Origin: Alloascoidea hylecoeti
Lineage: Eukaryota
Assembly: GCA_001600815.1 (NCBI GenBank)
Contig: BCKZ01000014.1
Span: 310,001 to 374,000, forward strand
Direction: 5' to 3'
Length of the DNA: 64,000 bases
Shown here: positions 20,574 through 33,338 of the stretch, piece after piece
Layout of the letters: each line of letters starts with the position of its first letter
Position numbering within the stretch: the first letter of the stretch is position 1
Program-made: the position numbers and the translations under genes
Notes under the pieces: generated by a model
Databases searched by the model: none
What the model saw: the letters and a program-made list of their open reading frames with translations, nothing else
Told to the model about the DNA's origin: nothing

Positions 20574-22658
20574 TGTTGCAATGTTATAGCTGTTTTTCAA
20601 GTATATGATTAAAACTTGAATAATGAAAAAAAAAAAAGAGATGTAGAGAATGGAATCAAATATATATATTTATAGCAGCAACTATAGTAGTATAACTACT
20701 ATATTCTTCTTGGGAATATTTTCCGATTTACACAATAATTTCCTTATTTGGCAGAGACTTTTAAATATAACGCTAAATTTATGTAATATTGTGTAACTTC
20801 TTCCTATTATCATATGCATAGTACCACATTTAGAAATGTTCGATATGCATTCACACATAAGGTTATTATCTGGAACACAGCGACTTCCAGATATAGCATA
20901 AGCAATGTTAAATGCATATTAAAATGATCACTTTAATAGGTACGTATATGTTTGAACTAAATGTAAAAAATTACTATTAATGGGATTGTACGATATGGGA
21001 ATACATGTCGATACAAACCCAAGCTGACAATATTGATAAATGTTATTCTTAAAATAGAAAGGCCTGTTTGTAGTAAAGGAATTAAAACTAACAGGAAATA
21101 GTTGGGGATAGTATTATCCAAATATCTGACAAAATAATTCACTATATATGAGTTCCTTACTTGAATAGATTTTAGTTAGATGTTTTAATTGTAGATATCA
21201 TTTTTTTATATGATTAATATAAAAGTTCAAAATTTAATAGGATAAACCAGCTTATGAAAGGTTCAGAATGAAAATCTACTTAGGTCTTAATCTCGAGTAC
21301 CGTACATATGTAACTTTATATCTATTGAGTTGTGGCTCCTCTGATTATGTATTAACAACATCATTGGTCTCAGCCAGACCCTTTTGCTATTAGCATGGTG
21401 ATAAGGAACAGAATACCTGTTTCAAAAGTCATTTGCAAGTACAAACGACATTCCCACTTTTTCACATCATTCATCAACACACACCACATGTTAAAGCCTA
21501 AGAAAAGTAATATACTTAAAATATTAACTGAGCTCATAAGAATTATTTAGCCGTAGGACATAAATTTATTTTTTAACCTATTAGTACTATTAGACAGATT
21601 TCATATAGTATTGTGGTGACACCGGAAGAAAACATGAATATTTTTGCCTTTAAAAGTTAGGAATAAAAAAGACAGTCAATATCAATACATGTATGAGACC
21701 TTATAGGTTGGGTTCTGGCCGCTTGGTCAAGTTTGGCTATTAGTGTTATAAATATAATGATTAAACACGAAAGAGATTATTTAAATGAATTTTGAAAATT
21801 TTCATATATTGTCGAAGTTGTTTTTATATCTAAATCTGATTGGTGTGATACGGGCGACTATTTTATCACTCTTTTATTACATTAATCAATCGCACCGGCG
21901 TTCTAAGGATCAAGATTGAAATTAAATTATTAAATATTCGTATCAAAAGTAAAAAGTGTATTTAGCTACGATACAATTCAATTGATCATATAAATGTTAT
22001 ATTTATGTAGTAATTCATGAGGAAATGCAGGAAACTATATTTGTCCATATTTCCACCAGAGCGTTCGAAGATCCCTTAGAGTTATACAGAGTAGAACTCA
22101 GATCTCCAAGAGGGAAAGTTATTATTTACACACAATTCTCCGGAGACAAATAGTGAGCTCAACATGTTAAATCGTAGAACGCTCACACCACAACAATATT
22201 TACCAAAAAATATCAAACATATATTATCAGAATGACAAGATTGAGTACATTTTAGTAATACTATTTTCAATCATTTATATTTGTTGTTGGTTTTGAAATT
22301 CGTGATTGAAATGTAAAAAAAACGGTAATTCTCCTAAATTAATTCTCCTTCGCGTAGTCTGACGGCATAAATCATGAGTAATACTTAACCATTGCCAAAA
22401 GTGGGTTATAACTAATTAATTCTATTCATAACATTTGGAGCATAATTAGCACAGGGAAACCTGAAAATAGTTATTATTTTTTCGAGAAATACATGTATTA
22501 ATCAATATGGATTTTATTAGCATCGTAGGCACTAGTTAATTAACCAGTGTAATAATTAATTTACTTAATTAATCGAAGTGCAGACAATCCATGCAGCCTT
22601 TATGTTATTTTAAATCACTTCATTCACCATCACAATTGTTTGCCCCCCTCCCCAAAAA

Positions 22659-23753
22659 ATGGCAAAACTTGAAAGGAAACCAAAATCGAACTTCCAATTA
22701 AAAAATGCCGATTTATCAAAACCATCTGGTTTTCCTTCTTCTTTTTTAAAATCTCAAACTTCAAAGGCTTCTACTTCTATGTCTAGGGGTCCCAATTCTT
22801 CTGGTGTAAGCTCTTCTTCAGCGGTAAAACCAAGGTATTCATCCCCTACCACCCCATTATCAGATGATTCTTTGATGAAAGTGAAGCAAGAAGTTAATGC
22901 TGATAGCCCCTTACTTGGTAAATCTGTATCACAAGATCGGTTGGAAAGATTGAGTTCCTTTTATTTACCCCCTGTTCCAATAGATGATGAGCAACAAGCT
23001 ACTAGCAATGATGAAAAACCTGAGGATCCGAGAAAGAAAAGGACCAGGGATTCCGATTATATCAATGATTCTCTTGTTTCTAGTTCTCCATTAAAGAAGT
23101 TTCATACTAATATGAATGATAAAGATATCAAACAAGAGCACAATACCCCTAAACTTACAATTGATAATTCATTATCAAATATCGTTGAAGAACCTGAATA
23201 TCATACAAAACCATTAGAAAATCCAGATATCAGATCAGATGAGTATACTGATGATGCCCAAAATATGAGTTTAAATCAAGAAATGATACCTCTAGAAGAA
23301 TATTTCAAGTTTAATATCCCATTGTCTACTCCACTTGAGGATGAAATTGTTACAATCCCTGAAGAAGAAAGAAATACTGAAACTGATTTAGCTATGAAAT
23401 ATGCAAATATTACATTTGAAGAATGGGAAAAATATGGTGATATTTTGGCAGAGAAAGCATCTTCGATTATTAAGAAGGCAATTAATTTAAGAAAGTATGA
23501 TTTATTTGAAATTTTCACTTTTTATGTGATTTATTTTTTATCATTACTAACTCACTAATACCATTCATCATTTATCATTTTATTTATAAATTAAATTGAT
23601 AGACAAAAGGTTCTTTTATTTTCAAAACTTCAAAAATCTATTGATGAACATGCTGATGCTTTACAACAAAGAGATGAATATATTACCAATCATATGGAAC
23701 GAGTTAGATCAAAAGCTAATGATATTCTACAAGATGTGGAGCCAAGTCAATGA
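22659..23753 (+). CDS. ECM11: Ecm11-family meiotic protein; exons 22659-23494, 23603-23753
   Basis: Intron GTATGA...TACTAAC...TAG restores the frame; C-terminal TFEEWEKYGD...coiled coil (IDEHADALQQRDEYI) resembles the ECM11 domain; VKQE/IKQE SUMO consensus sites. Confidence 0.7.
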
Positions 23754-23971
23754 TGTTAAATTGATATTAGTTTCACGTGTATTTTTTTATTTTACATATA
23801 CTTATAACTAAAAGTTTTGGGATCAAGGGCATTAATATATAATGAAAACAAAAGGTCAAAATTAATATAAAAATAATAATGTTGTTAAGTTTCATACACT
23901 AAAACATAAAATATTATGTTGAATTCGTTTTTAAATTTGAAAGTTGAAATTAGTGTGTTATGAAAATGCAA

Positions 23972-24487
23972 TTAGTTTCTCTTATTGTAACCTCTTGTAG
24001 CACGTTGAGCAGAGACGGAAACAACATTAAGTGGGAGGTTAAATCCAAGGGCTTTAACAAGTGCTTCAGTTTCTCTATCGACTTCCAACTGACCATCAGT
24101 CTTTGAGATATCTAAAGCCGAAACATCAGGAACATATTGATCTTTTCTTTCTCTTTCTTCTTCCTGTAATTTGAAAGAAATACCACGAACAGGACCCTTT
24201 TGAATACGTTTCATTAAATGTGTTGTGTAGCCAGCAATTTTGTTGCGAAGACGCTTTGATGGGATTGAAGCAATTTCACTTGCAAGACGTTTGTTGGTCT
24301 CAAAGTCTAAGGTGAGCTTTGGGTAATAACGTTCAATAAGAACTTTTGAAGCACGTTTAACTGTCTTTGTTCTAACACGACCCTATCACAAAACGGTGAT
24401 TAGTTACATGAGCTGGTATTCCATTATTGTGTTGTTTCATAAGAATTGGGATGGTATATTAAGAAATCATACAAACTAACATACCAT
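23972..24487 (-). CDS. RPS17: 40S ribosomal protein S17; exons 24487-24485, 24382-23972
   Basis: ATG|GTATGT intron, then [13 protein letters not shown]...[23 protein letters not shown]. Confidence 0.97.
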
Positions 24488-24682
24488 TTTTGATAACAAT
24501 ACAGAAGTATGAAATATGCCTTTCCAGAATCAGGTTGTGGCGGTGCTGAGATATACACGCAGACCGGGTATTACTGAGGCGTGACTGGTTCTCCCGCAAA
24601 CGGAGACGGCGTCGCACGTGACCCGCGTTTCCGGCATTCGTTTGGAGGATCCCAACTTGATGCCGGGCATAAAGGAAATAAA

Positions 24683-26212
24683 ATGACAGTAATCCATCGC
24701 AAAAATGCATCCGAAACGGCGGTGGTTTCTTTAGAGCCTGGTGTTAGGTATGTGATAATTGCTCAAAGCATAGGATATTATGGAAAATAGTGACTAATTT
24801 TAATTATTTAATTATTGTTGTTTATTATTAGGTATCATTGTGACATATGTGCTTGTGATTGTACGGACCTTATCAGAATAAAATGTGCAGAATGTTCAGA
24901 ATATGACCTTTGTGTCCAATGTTTTTCAAGAGGGAAGAGTTCTGGTACTCATAAACCATATCACGATTATCATATTATTGAACAACATTCATATCCCATT
25001 TTCTCCGATGATTGGGGTGCTGATGAAGAATTGTTGTTGATTGGAGGGGCTGAAACATACGGTTTGGGAAATTGGCAATGCATTGCTGAACATATTGGTG
25101 GGAGATCAAAAGAGGAAGTTGGAAAACATTATTTTGATATTTATGTTAATTCTGATCAATATCCATTACCAGAAATGAATAAAGATTTTTCAACAATTAC
25201 TGTTGATGATTTTAATATGAGGAAAAAACAAAGATTAAATAAAAGAAAAAGAGCACCATTATTAAATCCAAAAACAAAACAAACTGCTTCTGTACCAAGT
25301 TGTCATGAAGTTCAAGGTTATATGCCTGGTAGATTAGATTTTGAAACTGAATATGATAATGAAGCAGAAACTTTTGTAAAAGATATGATTTTTGAACCTG
25401 ATGAAACTGAACAAGATATTGATTTAAAATTAACGGTTTTAGAAATTTATAACCAATCACTTACAACAAGATCAGAAAGGAAAAGAATAATTTTAAATCA
25501 TAAATTATTGGATTATAGAAAAAATATATCATTGGAAAAGAAACGAACAAGAGATGAAAAAGATTTATTTAATAAATTAAAACCATTTGCAAGATTAATG
25601 ACAAAAGAAGATTTTGAATCATTTACAAATGATATGATAATTGAATATCAATGTCGTAAAAGAATTTCTGAATTACAAGAATATAGAAGAAATGGTATTG
25701 AATCATTACAAGTTTCCCAACAATATGAAAAGGATAAATCATCAAGATTACAAATGTTTTCAAGATATTCAAATGGAATTGGTTCAAATTCATTATCAGC
25801 ATTATCAAATTCAAGGCATACTGCAAATTCAATGGGTATGAGTAAAGAACCAAGATCATCATCAATTAATAATTTTAGAAATTCACCAATTCCAATTTCT
25901 AAAAATCATACAAATAGTAGTGGGAGTTTATTAAAAAATAAATATAATAGAAAATTACCATCAAATCCATTAGATATATCAGATTCAGCAGATATTGAAT
26001 TATTAAGTCTTGAAGAACAAGAATTATGTAGTCAATTAAGATTACTTCCAAAACCATATTTAGCAATTAAAGAAACATTATTTAGAGAATTATTAAGAAC
26101 TGGTGGAATATTAAGAAAAAGAACTGCTAGAGAATTGATTAAAATAGACGTTAATAAAACAGCAAGGATTTATGAATTTTTTCAAGAACAACGATGGTTG
26201 ATAGTACCATAA
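24683..26212 (+). CDS. ADA2: SAGA subunit Ada2; exons 24683-24747, 24832-26212
   Basis: ZZ finger (YHCDIC...CAEC...DLCVQCF), SANT (WGADEELLL...YGLGNW), C-terminal SWIRM (KIDVNKT.RIYEFF). Confidence 0.96.
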
Positions 26213-26392
26213 TTAATATGTTTTTTTCTTTTTTGACTTTTAACTTACAATTTATGTATAATGAGAAGGACAATAAATGTAATGTATTATTTGTAACTTG
26301 TAACAATATATAAAATTAATTAATATACTTTTTACTTCTTAATAACTAATGAATACATCTTATGAGTATATGAATATAACTAATGTGGACAA

Positions 26393-27242
26393 CTAGTGAG
26401 TTCCAGCTGGATAAGTTGCAATTATATTATCATCTGCATCAACAAATTCAAAATTAAATCTACTTAAATAATGAGGAATTGCAGATAATTGACCACCATA
26501 TCTTGCAGAATTATCATAAAGTTCAAATAATGGAACAGCTAATAACTTCATATTTTTTGGAACTGATAAAACTTTTGTTTTTGGTAAATTAATAATATAC
26601 ATTTTTTTACATTCTTTTGGTCTTGTAATATGAGGTGGTATAAAAGGATACATGAATGTTTCAAAATTAGGTCTCCACCATTGTGATATACATTCACCTA
26701 TATTCCATTCTGAATTAGCTGGATCGTTTGCATATTGAGAACCAGGACCTTTAGAAAAAGTTAGAGCAATTACAATTGAATGGAAATAATATAAAATAGA
26801 GCATACCAGGGGCTAAACGTTCATTAAGCCTATTCTTGAATCCATCAATTTCATCCTCATCGGATTTAATATAATCACCAGGTCTGATGATATAAGTAAA
26901 TGGTTAAGATTGTTTCCCAAATAATTTCAGATACAACAAAAAAACGTACAGTTTAAAGAAAGAATTAGCAATTTGTAGCATTAAGATATAAGGATGTCCA
27001 TGTTCATGACACAATAAAATAGCTTCACATGTCCTCCTCATTCCTTGTGTTTCATATTGATCTTGTAATCTTTTCAGTCTTGCTTGAACCGAACCATCTT
27101 CTTCTGGTTGTGGGTCCTTTACACCAAAAGTATAATTGGTAACAGGATATAATCTGATTGTTGATGGTTGGTTTGCATCGAATGTTTTAGGTTCGGGGGG
27201 AATTATTGATGTTTTTCGAGCGAATTCTGTTACTGTTGTCAT
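26393..27242 (-). CDS. Cleavage factor Im 25-kDa subunit (CFIm25/NUDT21/CPSF5); exons 27242-26950, 26883-26807, 26748-26393
   Basis: LYPVTNYTFGVK, GMRRTCEAILLCHEHGHP, FFKLPG, QWWRPNFETFMYPFIPPHITRPKE, LLAVPLFELYDNSARYG; both introns restore the frame. Confidence 0.93.
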
Positions 27243-27591
27243 AATTAAATTTAGATATTGGATATTTCACTGAACTGTTATGATGGAGATAAACAATACA
27301 GTTCCCAGATTTACGCACATTGTTATGAGAACTTTCAATGAGCTGTTTTATCATTAATGAACATTTTTTCATAATTCATATTTGATCGATGCTTTGAAGG
27401 ATTTCGTAGGGTTTATAAGGGTTCTGAGGGATTGACGAGGATTCTGGTGGACCATGAAGAATTCTGGTGGATCGTGGAGGTTCATGTAGGGCTCAGGGTC
27501 ATTGTTGGGTGTTCCTGAATATTCAGTTACATAGTTTGTAACCTTTAAATTTGATTTCATTCCTCATTTTCATCCTCTCCAATCTTCTCCA

Positions 27592-28479
27592 ATGTTCAGT
27601 TTTTTGGCCTCTTCTCTGCTGACAATGTTGACGGTCTCATCCGTCGCTGCTGAACAGTACCCACTGACGAAGAATGGCAATGCTCCAAAGATTGTTCCAT
27701 ACCAGCCAGGAGACACGTTACCACTAGAATGCATTGCAAGACAAATACAAACTGGTGAGCACAAGTTTGATGAAGAGAGTATGTAATCATTTCGAAGGTT
27801 TATGTATATTATAATTATATTCTAACTGTTATTTTTTGAAGAAAACATCATTTACACTCCTTTCCCCAAATGTCGAGAAACACAAAGCCCATTGGCTCTT
27901 CCATACGAATTGGACAGCGAAATAAATTGCACTATAGGTTTCACTGATGAACTATATCACCTCTTCCAACTCTATATCCATGAAGATGTTCCGTTTTCTT
28001 GTAGAATCCCAATTTCTTCAAGACTTTCCGATGTTAAAACTGGTGATATGGCCTACATTCCTTTTACAATTAACATTAGAGGTCATATTCAAGATTCTCA
28101 TCTTGACATTGATCCTACTTTAAACACAATCTTCCACACTTTTGAAGATATTGATTATCCAGTTGCTGCAATTGCTTATGGAGCAGGTACTCAAACAAAT
28201 CGATATGTCATTGGTGATTGGTTGCCATTACAATTTATTGTTAGATGGGCACAAACTGACACAAAGAGTACAGAGTCAACTGTTTTAAAATTACCTCCAA
28301 TTTCAAGTACTTTACTTAAAACAACAACAATTATATACTGTATTATGACAATGATTATTTCTGTTATTGCAACAATTTGTTATTTTTATTTAATTGTTTT
28401 CCCAAAGAGATTTTCAAACGATTATACAACTGCAAAAAGTTCACTCCCATTGGAATTTGGTTATACAAAGAAAGATTAA
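27592..28479 (+). CDS. Conserved-looking fungal type-I membrane protein, unknown function; exons 27592-27778, 27842-28479
   Basis: Signal peptide, Cys-containing luminal domain, C-terminal TM helix; GTATGT...CTAAC...AAG intron joins two ORFs in frame. Confidence 0.75.
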
Positions 28480-28731
28480 CTTAAATTTTGCTTTGATTCA
28501 CTTTTTGATTAATGCTAAAAACAATTATGTTCTATATGCTTATACCTTCAACTCATACATACACGATTATTTCATTTCATCTATTAGTATAAATATTAAT
28601 TGATTTTTATATAAACATAGTTATAAATATAAATATAAGTATAATTAGGTATAAAATATATGATTAATTATAGCAGTTATTTACCATTATATTTTCATAA
28701 TTATAATATAACTCTTTTATATCCTCATTAA

Positions 28732-30066
28732 TTAATTGAAAGTTTTGCATTTTTTCAATAAAGATTTAATAACAATTTCTATATTTGAATCTAATGATGA
28801 TTCTTCTAAAATCTTATTAAAATAAATTGTTAATTCTTGTGACATATTTTCAAGACTTTTATATTCATCTGATTCCGATTGATTTTTAAATTTTGATTTT
28901 AAAACAAAATATCCATTATAATTATTAATAACAAGTTTTAATGCATCAGGGAAAGATGAAGATGATATTTCAACATGTCTTAATGGTAATGTTACATGTA
29001 AGAATAAAACATGACCATTATTTGGAATTGTAGCTGTTAAATATTCAATAATATGTTGACATAAATATCCTCTATTTAATTCTTTAAATGAATCAAATAA
29101 TTCTAAAAATGATGTTGCAATATTTAATGTGATTTCAGATAATGATTTATGAGGATTTAATTCATGTTTATATTTAATTAAAACTGGTAATGCTGAATCA
29201 AATACAGCAAGGGCAACATCACCTTTTAAAGCAGGATTTGATTCAACATCTCCTAACATATTAATATCAACATCTGGTAAAGTTTTCAATTCACTTTTTA
29301 ACTCATCATCATCTATAATTGGTGTATCGATGAATCCACTAACTTCTTCTTCATCAATATTAAATTTATCATCTTCTTGTAATTTTTCATTTTGTACTTG
29401 TTGTTCTTTTTCTAATTGTGCTTTTTGTTGAGATTCTGTTAATAATCCTAAAATTCGTCTTCTAACCAATAATTTACTAACAAATATTAATTCTAATTTA
29501 GCATATTCAAGCCATAATTTTAATGATTCTTCATTAAATCTTAAACCTCTTTGTAATAAAATTCTACCACCTTGAATATTTGAATTATCAACAATTTCAA
29601 AATTTGCTGCACTTATCCAAAATTCAATTTTTCTTGGATGTAATTTTAGTAATTTTGAATAAACATTATAAGTTTTTTTAACAGAAGAATTTTTTTTACA
29701 ATAATTTAAATAATTTCTCCATATTTCTAAATCTCCTGAATATTTTTTAATTGATCTTTCAAATATAAAAAAAATTCTTCTTGGTCCTGACCAATCAGAA
29801 ATTGATTTTTTTAAAATTATACCTGAATTTGGTGTTTTTTTTAATCTAGAAATTCTTTTTTTTCTTAATTCTTCTAAATTATTTTCAAATTCAATATATT
29901 TTAAAAAATCATTTGGTTTTGATCCACGACCTTGAATACGATGTTCAAAACTTGTTCTTTTTCTCATAATCTGATTGATTTCTTTTTTATCAAAGATTTT
30001 TCTTTTTAATAAATCTTCTAATTCTGGAACTGATTGTTCTAAATAATATCGAACTTTGTCTGACAT
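28732..30066 (-). CDS. UTP6: U3 snoRNA-associated protein Utp6
   Basis: MSDKVRYYLEQSVPELEDL...RTSFEHRI...HAT repeats (LQRGLRFN...LWLEYAKLEL). Confidence 0.93.
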   Translation of the reverse strand: MSDKVRYYLEQSVPELEDLLKRKIFDKKEINQIMRKRTSFEHRIQGRGSKPNDFLKYIEFENNLEELRKKRISRLKKTPNSGIILKKSISDWSGPRRIFFIFERSIKKYSGDLEIWRNYLNYCKKNSSVKKTYNVYSKLLKLHPRKIEFWISAANFEIVDNSNIQGGRILLQRGLRFNEESLKLWLEYAKLELIFVSKLLVRRRILGLLTESQQKAQLEKEQQVQNEKLQEDDKFNIDEEEVSGFIDTPIIDDDELKSELKTLPDVDINMLGDVESNPALKGDVALAVFDSALPVLIKYKHELNPHKSLSEITLNIATSFLELFDSFKELNRGYLCQHIIEYLTATIPNNGHVLFLHVTLPLRHVEISSSSFPDALKLVINNYNGYFVLKSKFKNQSESDEYKSLENMSQELTIYFNKILEESSLDSNIEIVIKSLLKKCKTFN

Positions 30067-30115
30067 TTTTGATTAAATTTTATGATGTTGTTTAATGAAG
30101 AAAGAAGAAAAAATT

Positions 30116-30125
30116 TGAAAAATTT
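30116..30125. promoter_or_regulatory. RRPE element upstream of UTP6
   Basis: TGAAAAATTT about 50 bp upstream of a ribosome-biogenesis gene. Confidence 0.6.
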
Positions 30126-30502
30126 GGTTCCTAACTTAAACACACAGTATAAAAATAATTTTTTTTTATCCACATCGAAGGTGTATGGATGTTACGCTTT
30201 TTTTAAAAAAAAAGTATACAAAAACCCCTTTGAAGTTTCTTGTTCTTTTTTCATTTAACGAAATAAATAGGGAGAGGTTTTTCATTCTTTTTTTATTTCT
30301 GATTTCAAATATTCTTTAAATTTCAAGCATTGTCTTCTCTCTATATAGATAATTAGCAGCAAGAACACAATTGTTATACCGTGTTTGTAAAATCCGGGTA
30401 ACAACCACGTTATTTCTGGGAAAAAGATATCTATGGCTGATTAAAACATCATATCTCTAATGACAAATATTTACATTTCAACTATATGTTTTACTGTAAA
30501 TA

Positions 30503-32887
30503 ATGGGGCCTAAAGGACGTAAAAGAAAATCAACATCTGGGTCGAATGAAACAACAACACGAAGAACTAGATCTAAAAAAAATCCAGAAGTTAATAATTT
30601 AGATCAATATTTTAAAACTAATCAACAAACTAAAATATCAAGATTACCAAGCATAACAAACTTTTCCAATGAACAAGAAAATCCACATAAGAAAAGGAGA
30701 AGAATTATTGTTTCTGATAGTGGGAGTGATGATACAGATATAGATGATAGTCATGAGGCGATTGGATTATATTCATCTTCACCAATAATTGAATCTAAAA
30801 AGCGAAAGATTAATAAATCAAATGAACAAAATGATCATATTTTGAAACCATTACATTCATTGAAAATACCCTCAAAGAAAAGCAAACAAGGTAATAGTAT
30901 ATTTTCTGATCAATTGAATAATAGAATTAGCAAATTGCGATCATCATCAGAAATACCTATGCCAATTAATTTGACTTCATCTACATGTACTAAAATGTCA
31001 AACCTTTCAATAAACAAAGATAAATCGATTAATAAAGAAATACAACCCCCACAAAATTATGATAATACCCCATGGATTGAAAAATATAAACCATTAAAAT
31101 CATCAGATATAGCTATTCATCCTAAAAAATTAAAAGAAGTTTCAGAAGCTATTAAATCAATGATAAATTGTACATCATCAATACGAATATTAGTACTTAG
31201 TGGTCCTGCTGGTAGTTCAAAAAGTACATGTATTAAATTATTAGCTGAAGAATTAATTCCAACACCGTCATTAAAAAAATCAAAATATTCTCTTGATATA
31301 AATGATAATGATAATGATAATGATTCAAAAATTATTGAATGGGATAATCCAACAACAATTGAAGGATCAACAAAAATGTCAACATTTGAAGAATTTTTAA
31401 AATCATGTTTATATTTTAAATCAAAAAATTTAAAAATTATATTAATTGAAGATTTTCCAAATATTTTTCATCAAGAAACAAAAATCAAATTTCAAAATGC
31501 ATTGATAAATTTTATTTATACTAATTTATCATCATCACCACCATTAATTTTATCAATTACTGAAGTTGATTCACCAGTTGAAGAATCATGGAGTAGTGGT
31601 TCAAATAATAAGATTTTATCATCATCTTATAGTTTAAATAATAGTTTTACAACTGAAATGATATTAGGAAAAGAATTATTGAATGATAAAAAAGTTAAAA
31701 GAATAAAATTTAATCCAATTGCAAAAACAATAATATCAAAATCTTTAGAATCAATTATAAAATTTGAAAATTTAATATTTAATAAAATATCAAAAAATTT
31801 AATTAATGAAGAATTAAATAAAATAATTAAATTAGGTGATATTAGATCATCAATTTGTTCATTAGAATTTTGGAGTAAATGGCAAATTAAATTAAAAAAA
31901 AAAAAGAAAAGTATTAATCAAAATAATGATGAATATTTAACTTTTGGAAGAGAAAATCGAGTTGGATTTTTCAATTCTATTGGGAAAGTAATTTATGGAA
32001 GTAAAAATGATGAAATTTCAACATTAAGAAGAGAAAATACATATCATTCAAAATTTAAACTAAATTCTAATAATAATGAAAATGAAAATTATAAAATTGA
32101 ACAAAATGCAATAACAGTTCAAGATGTACTTAATAATTGGTCAGGTAAAAGTACATCATTATTAACTTTATCAATTCATGAAAATTATACAATATTAAAA
32201 AATAAATTATCACTTGATATTGCTTCTAAATGTGCAGAAACTATTAGTATGGGGGATATTATGCAGTGTTCAGATAGTACTCATGATATTGGATTAGATT
32301 ATACTATTAGAGGTACAAGATATTATTTAGATCAAGCAATTGAAACATCAAATAAATCTCAAGGATTTCGAGGTTTAAATTTCCCAAGAATATGGAAAGT
32401 TACAAAGAAACGAAGACAGATTGTTGAAGAAGTATCACAGTATAATATAAAAAGAATGAAGGCACACGATATTAATGCAAGATGCTTCGATGACATTATT
32501 CAACTTGATGGATATTATGAACCAATTATTAACATGGGTATCTCACGGAAATTAAGAAACGAAACAATAATAAATGATAATAAGAAAAAGGTACTCATGG
32601 AACTTAAAGAAAGACTTTTATCAAAAAGAATCGGAGGACCCGTGTCTGGATATCTTTTTGCGGATTCTGAAATTTTTGCAGGGGATGATGAGCAGAGCTC
32701 AGAAAGTCCTATAGACAAGGATATTGAAAGTAGCGTCAATATGACTGATCATGAAGATGAAGATGAAGATGAAGATTTAACTATTAATGAAACAACTCTT
32801 GAAGAAGATCTCGTAAGTAGTGAATTAGACGATGATGAAGAATTTGGGCTTGATGAAGTTGATAACTGGGATCTTGGTTCTTTATAA
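30503..32887 (+). CDS. RAD24: Checkpoint clamp-loader subunit (ScRad24/SpRad17)
   Basis: PWIEKYKP...DIAIHPKK, Walker A GPAGSSKST, IILIEDFPN, IKFNPIAKT, GDIRSSI; acidic C-terminus. Confidence 0.9.
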   Translation: MGPKGRKRKSTSGSNETTTRRTRSKKNPEVNNLDQYFKTNQQTKISRLPSITNFSNEQENPHKKRRRIIVSDSGSDDTDIDDSHEAIGLYSSSPIIESKKRKINKSNEQNDHILKPLHSLKIPSKKSKQGNSIFSDQLNNRISKLRSSSEIPMPINLTSSTCTKMSNLSINKDKSINKEIQPPQNYDNTPWIEKYKPLKSSDIAIHPKKLKEVSEAIKSMINCTSSIRILVLSGPAGSSKSTCIKLLAEELIPTPSLKKSKYSLDINDNDNDNDSKIIEWDNPTTIEGSTKMSTFEEFLKSCLYFKSKNLKIILIEDFPNIFHQETKIKFQNALINFIYTNLSSSPPLILSITEVDSPVEESWSSGSNNKILSSSYSLNNSFTTEMILGKELLNDKKVKRIKFNPIAKTIISKSLESIIKFENLIFNKISKNLINEELNKIIKLGDIRSSICSLEFWSKWQIKLKKKKKSINQNNDEYLTFGRENRVGFFNSIGKVIYGSKNDEISTLRRENTYHSKFKLNSNNNENENYKIEQNAITVQDVLNNWSGKSTSLLTLSIHENYTILKNKLSLDIASKCAETISMGDIMQCSDSTHDIGLDYTIRGTRYYLDQAIETSNKSQGFRGLNFPRIWKVTKKRRQIVEEVSQYNIKRMKAHDINARCFDDIIQLDGYYEPIINMGISRKLRNETIINDNKKKVLMELKERLLSKRIGGPVSGYLFADSEIFAGDDEQSSESPIDKDIESSVNMTDHEDEDEDEDLTINETTLEEDLVSSELDDDEEFGLDEVDNWDLGSL

Positions 32888-33338
32888 TATTTACACTTAA
32901 GCCAGAGTTCAACAGCTATAACATCATTATCTTATATTATAAATATTAACAGAATTAACTATAAAAAGTTACGACCTTATAAAAATGCATATAAATTTAA
33001 AGTGATATTGTTTTTACTTAACTTAACTGTATTATGCCATATCATATGTATCAATCAAAAAATCATAATTATAATAGAATTGTATATGAAAAAGTCAAAA
33101 TTAATAACGTCAAACGAAAAGGGATTTTTTTTTTCCAATGCAATAAATGAATCATGATCAACGTTTATGAAATTAATATTAGATTTTTAAGAACCAAGAA
33201 CCACATTTATAATTAAAGAAAATGAATAATTATAAATTTGAATATTATATTACAGGGTGAAGTGAGATGCAGGTATACGTGCACGTGAGTTGTATTGTTT
33301 AACTTTCATATTCCGGAATATGGATATGTTGAAAAGTT

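Noticed and set aside
22020..22200. Possible H/ACA snoRNA (GTGAGC...GCTCAC hairpin followed by ACA)
   Set aside because: No convincing first hairpin and H box; equally explained as a coding relic.
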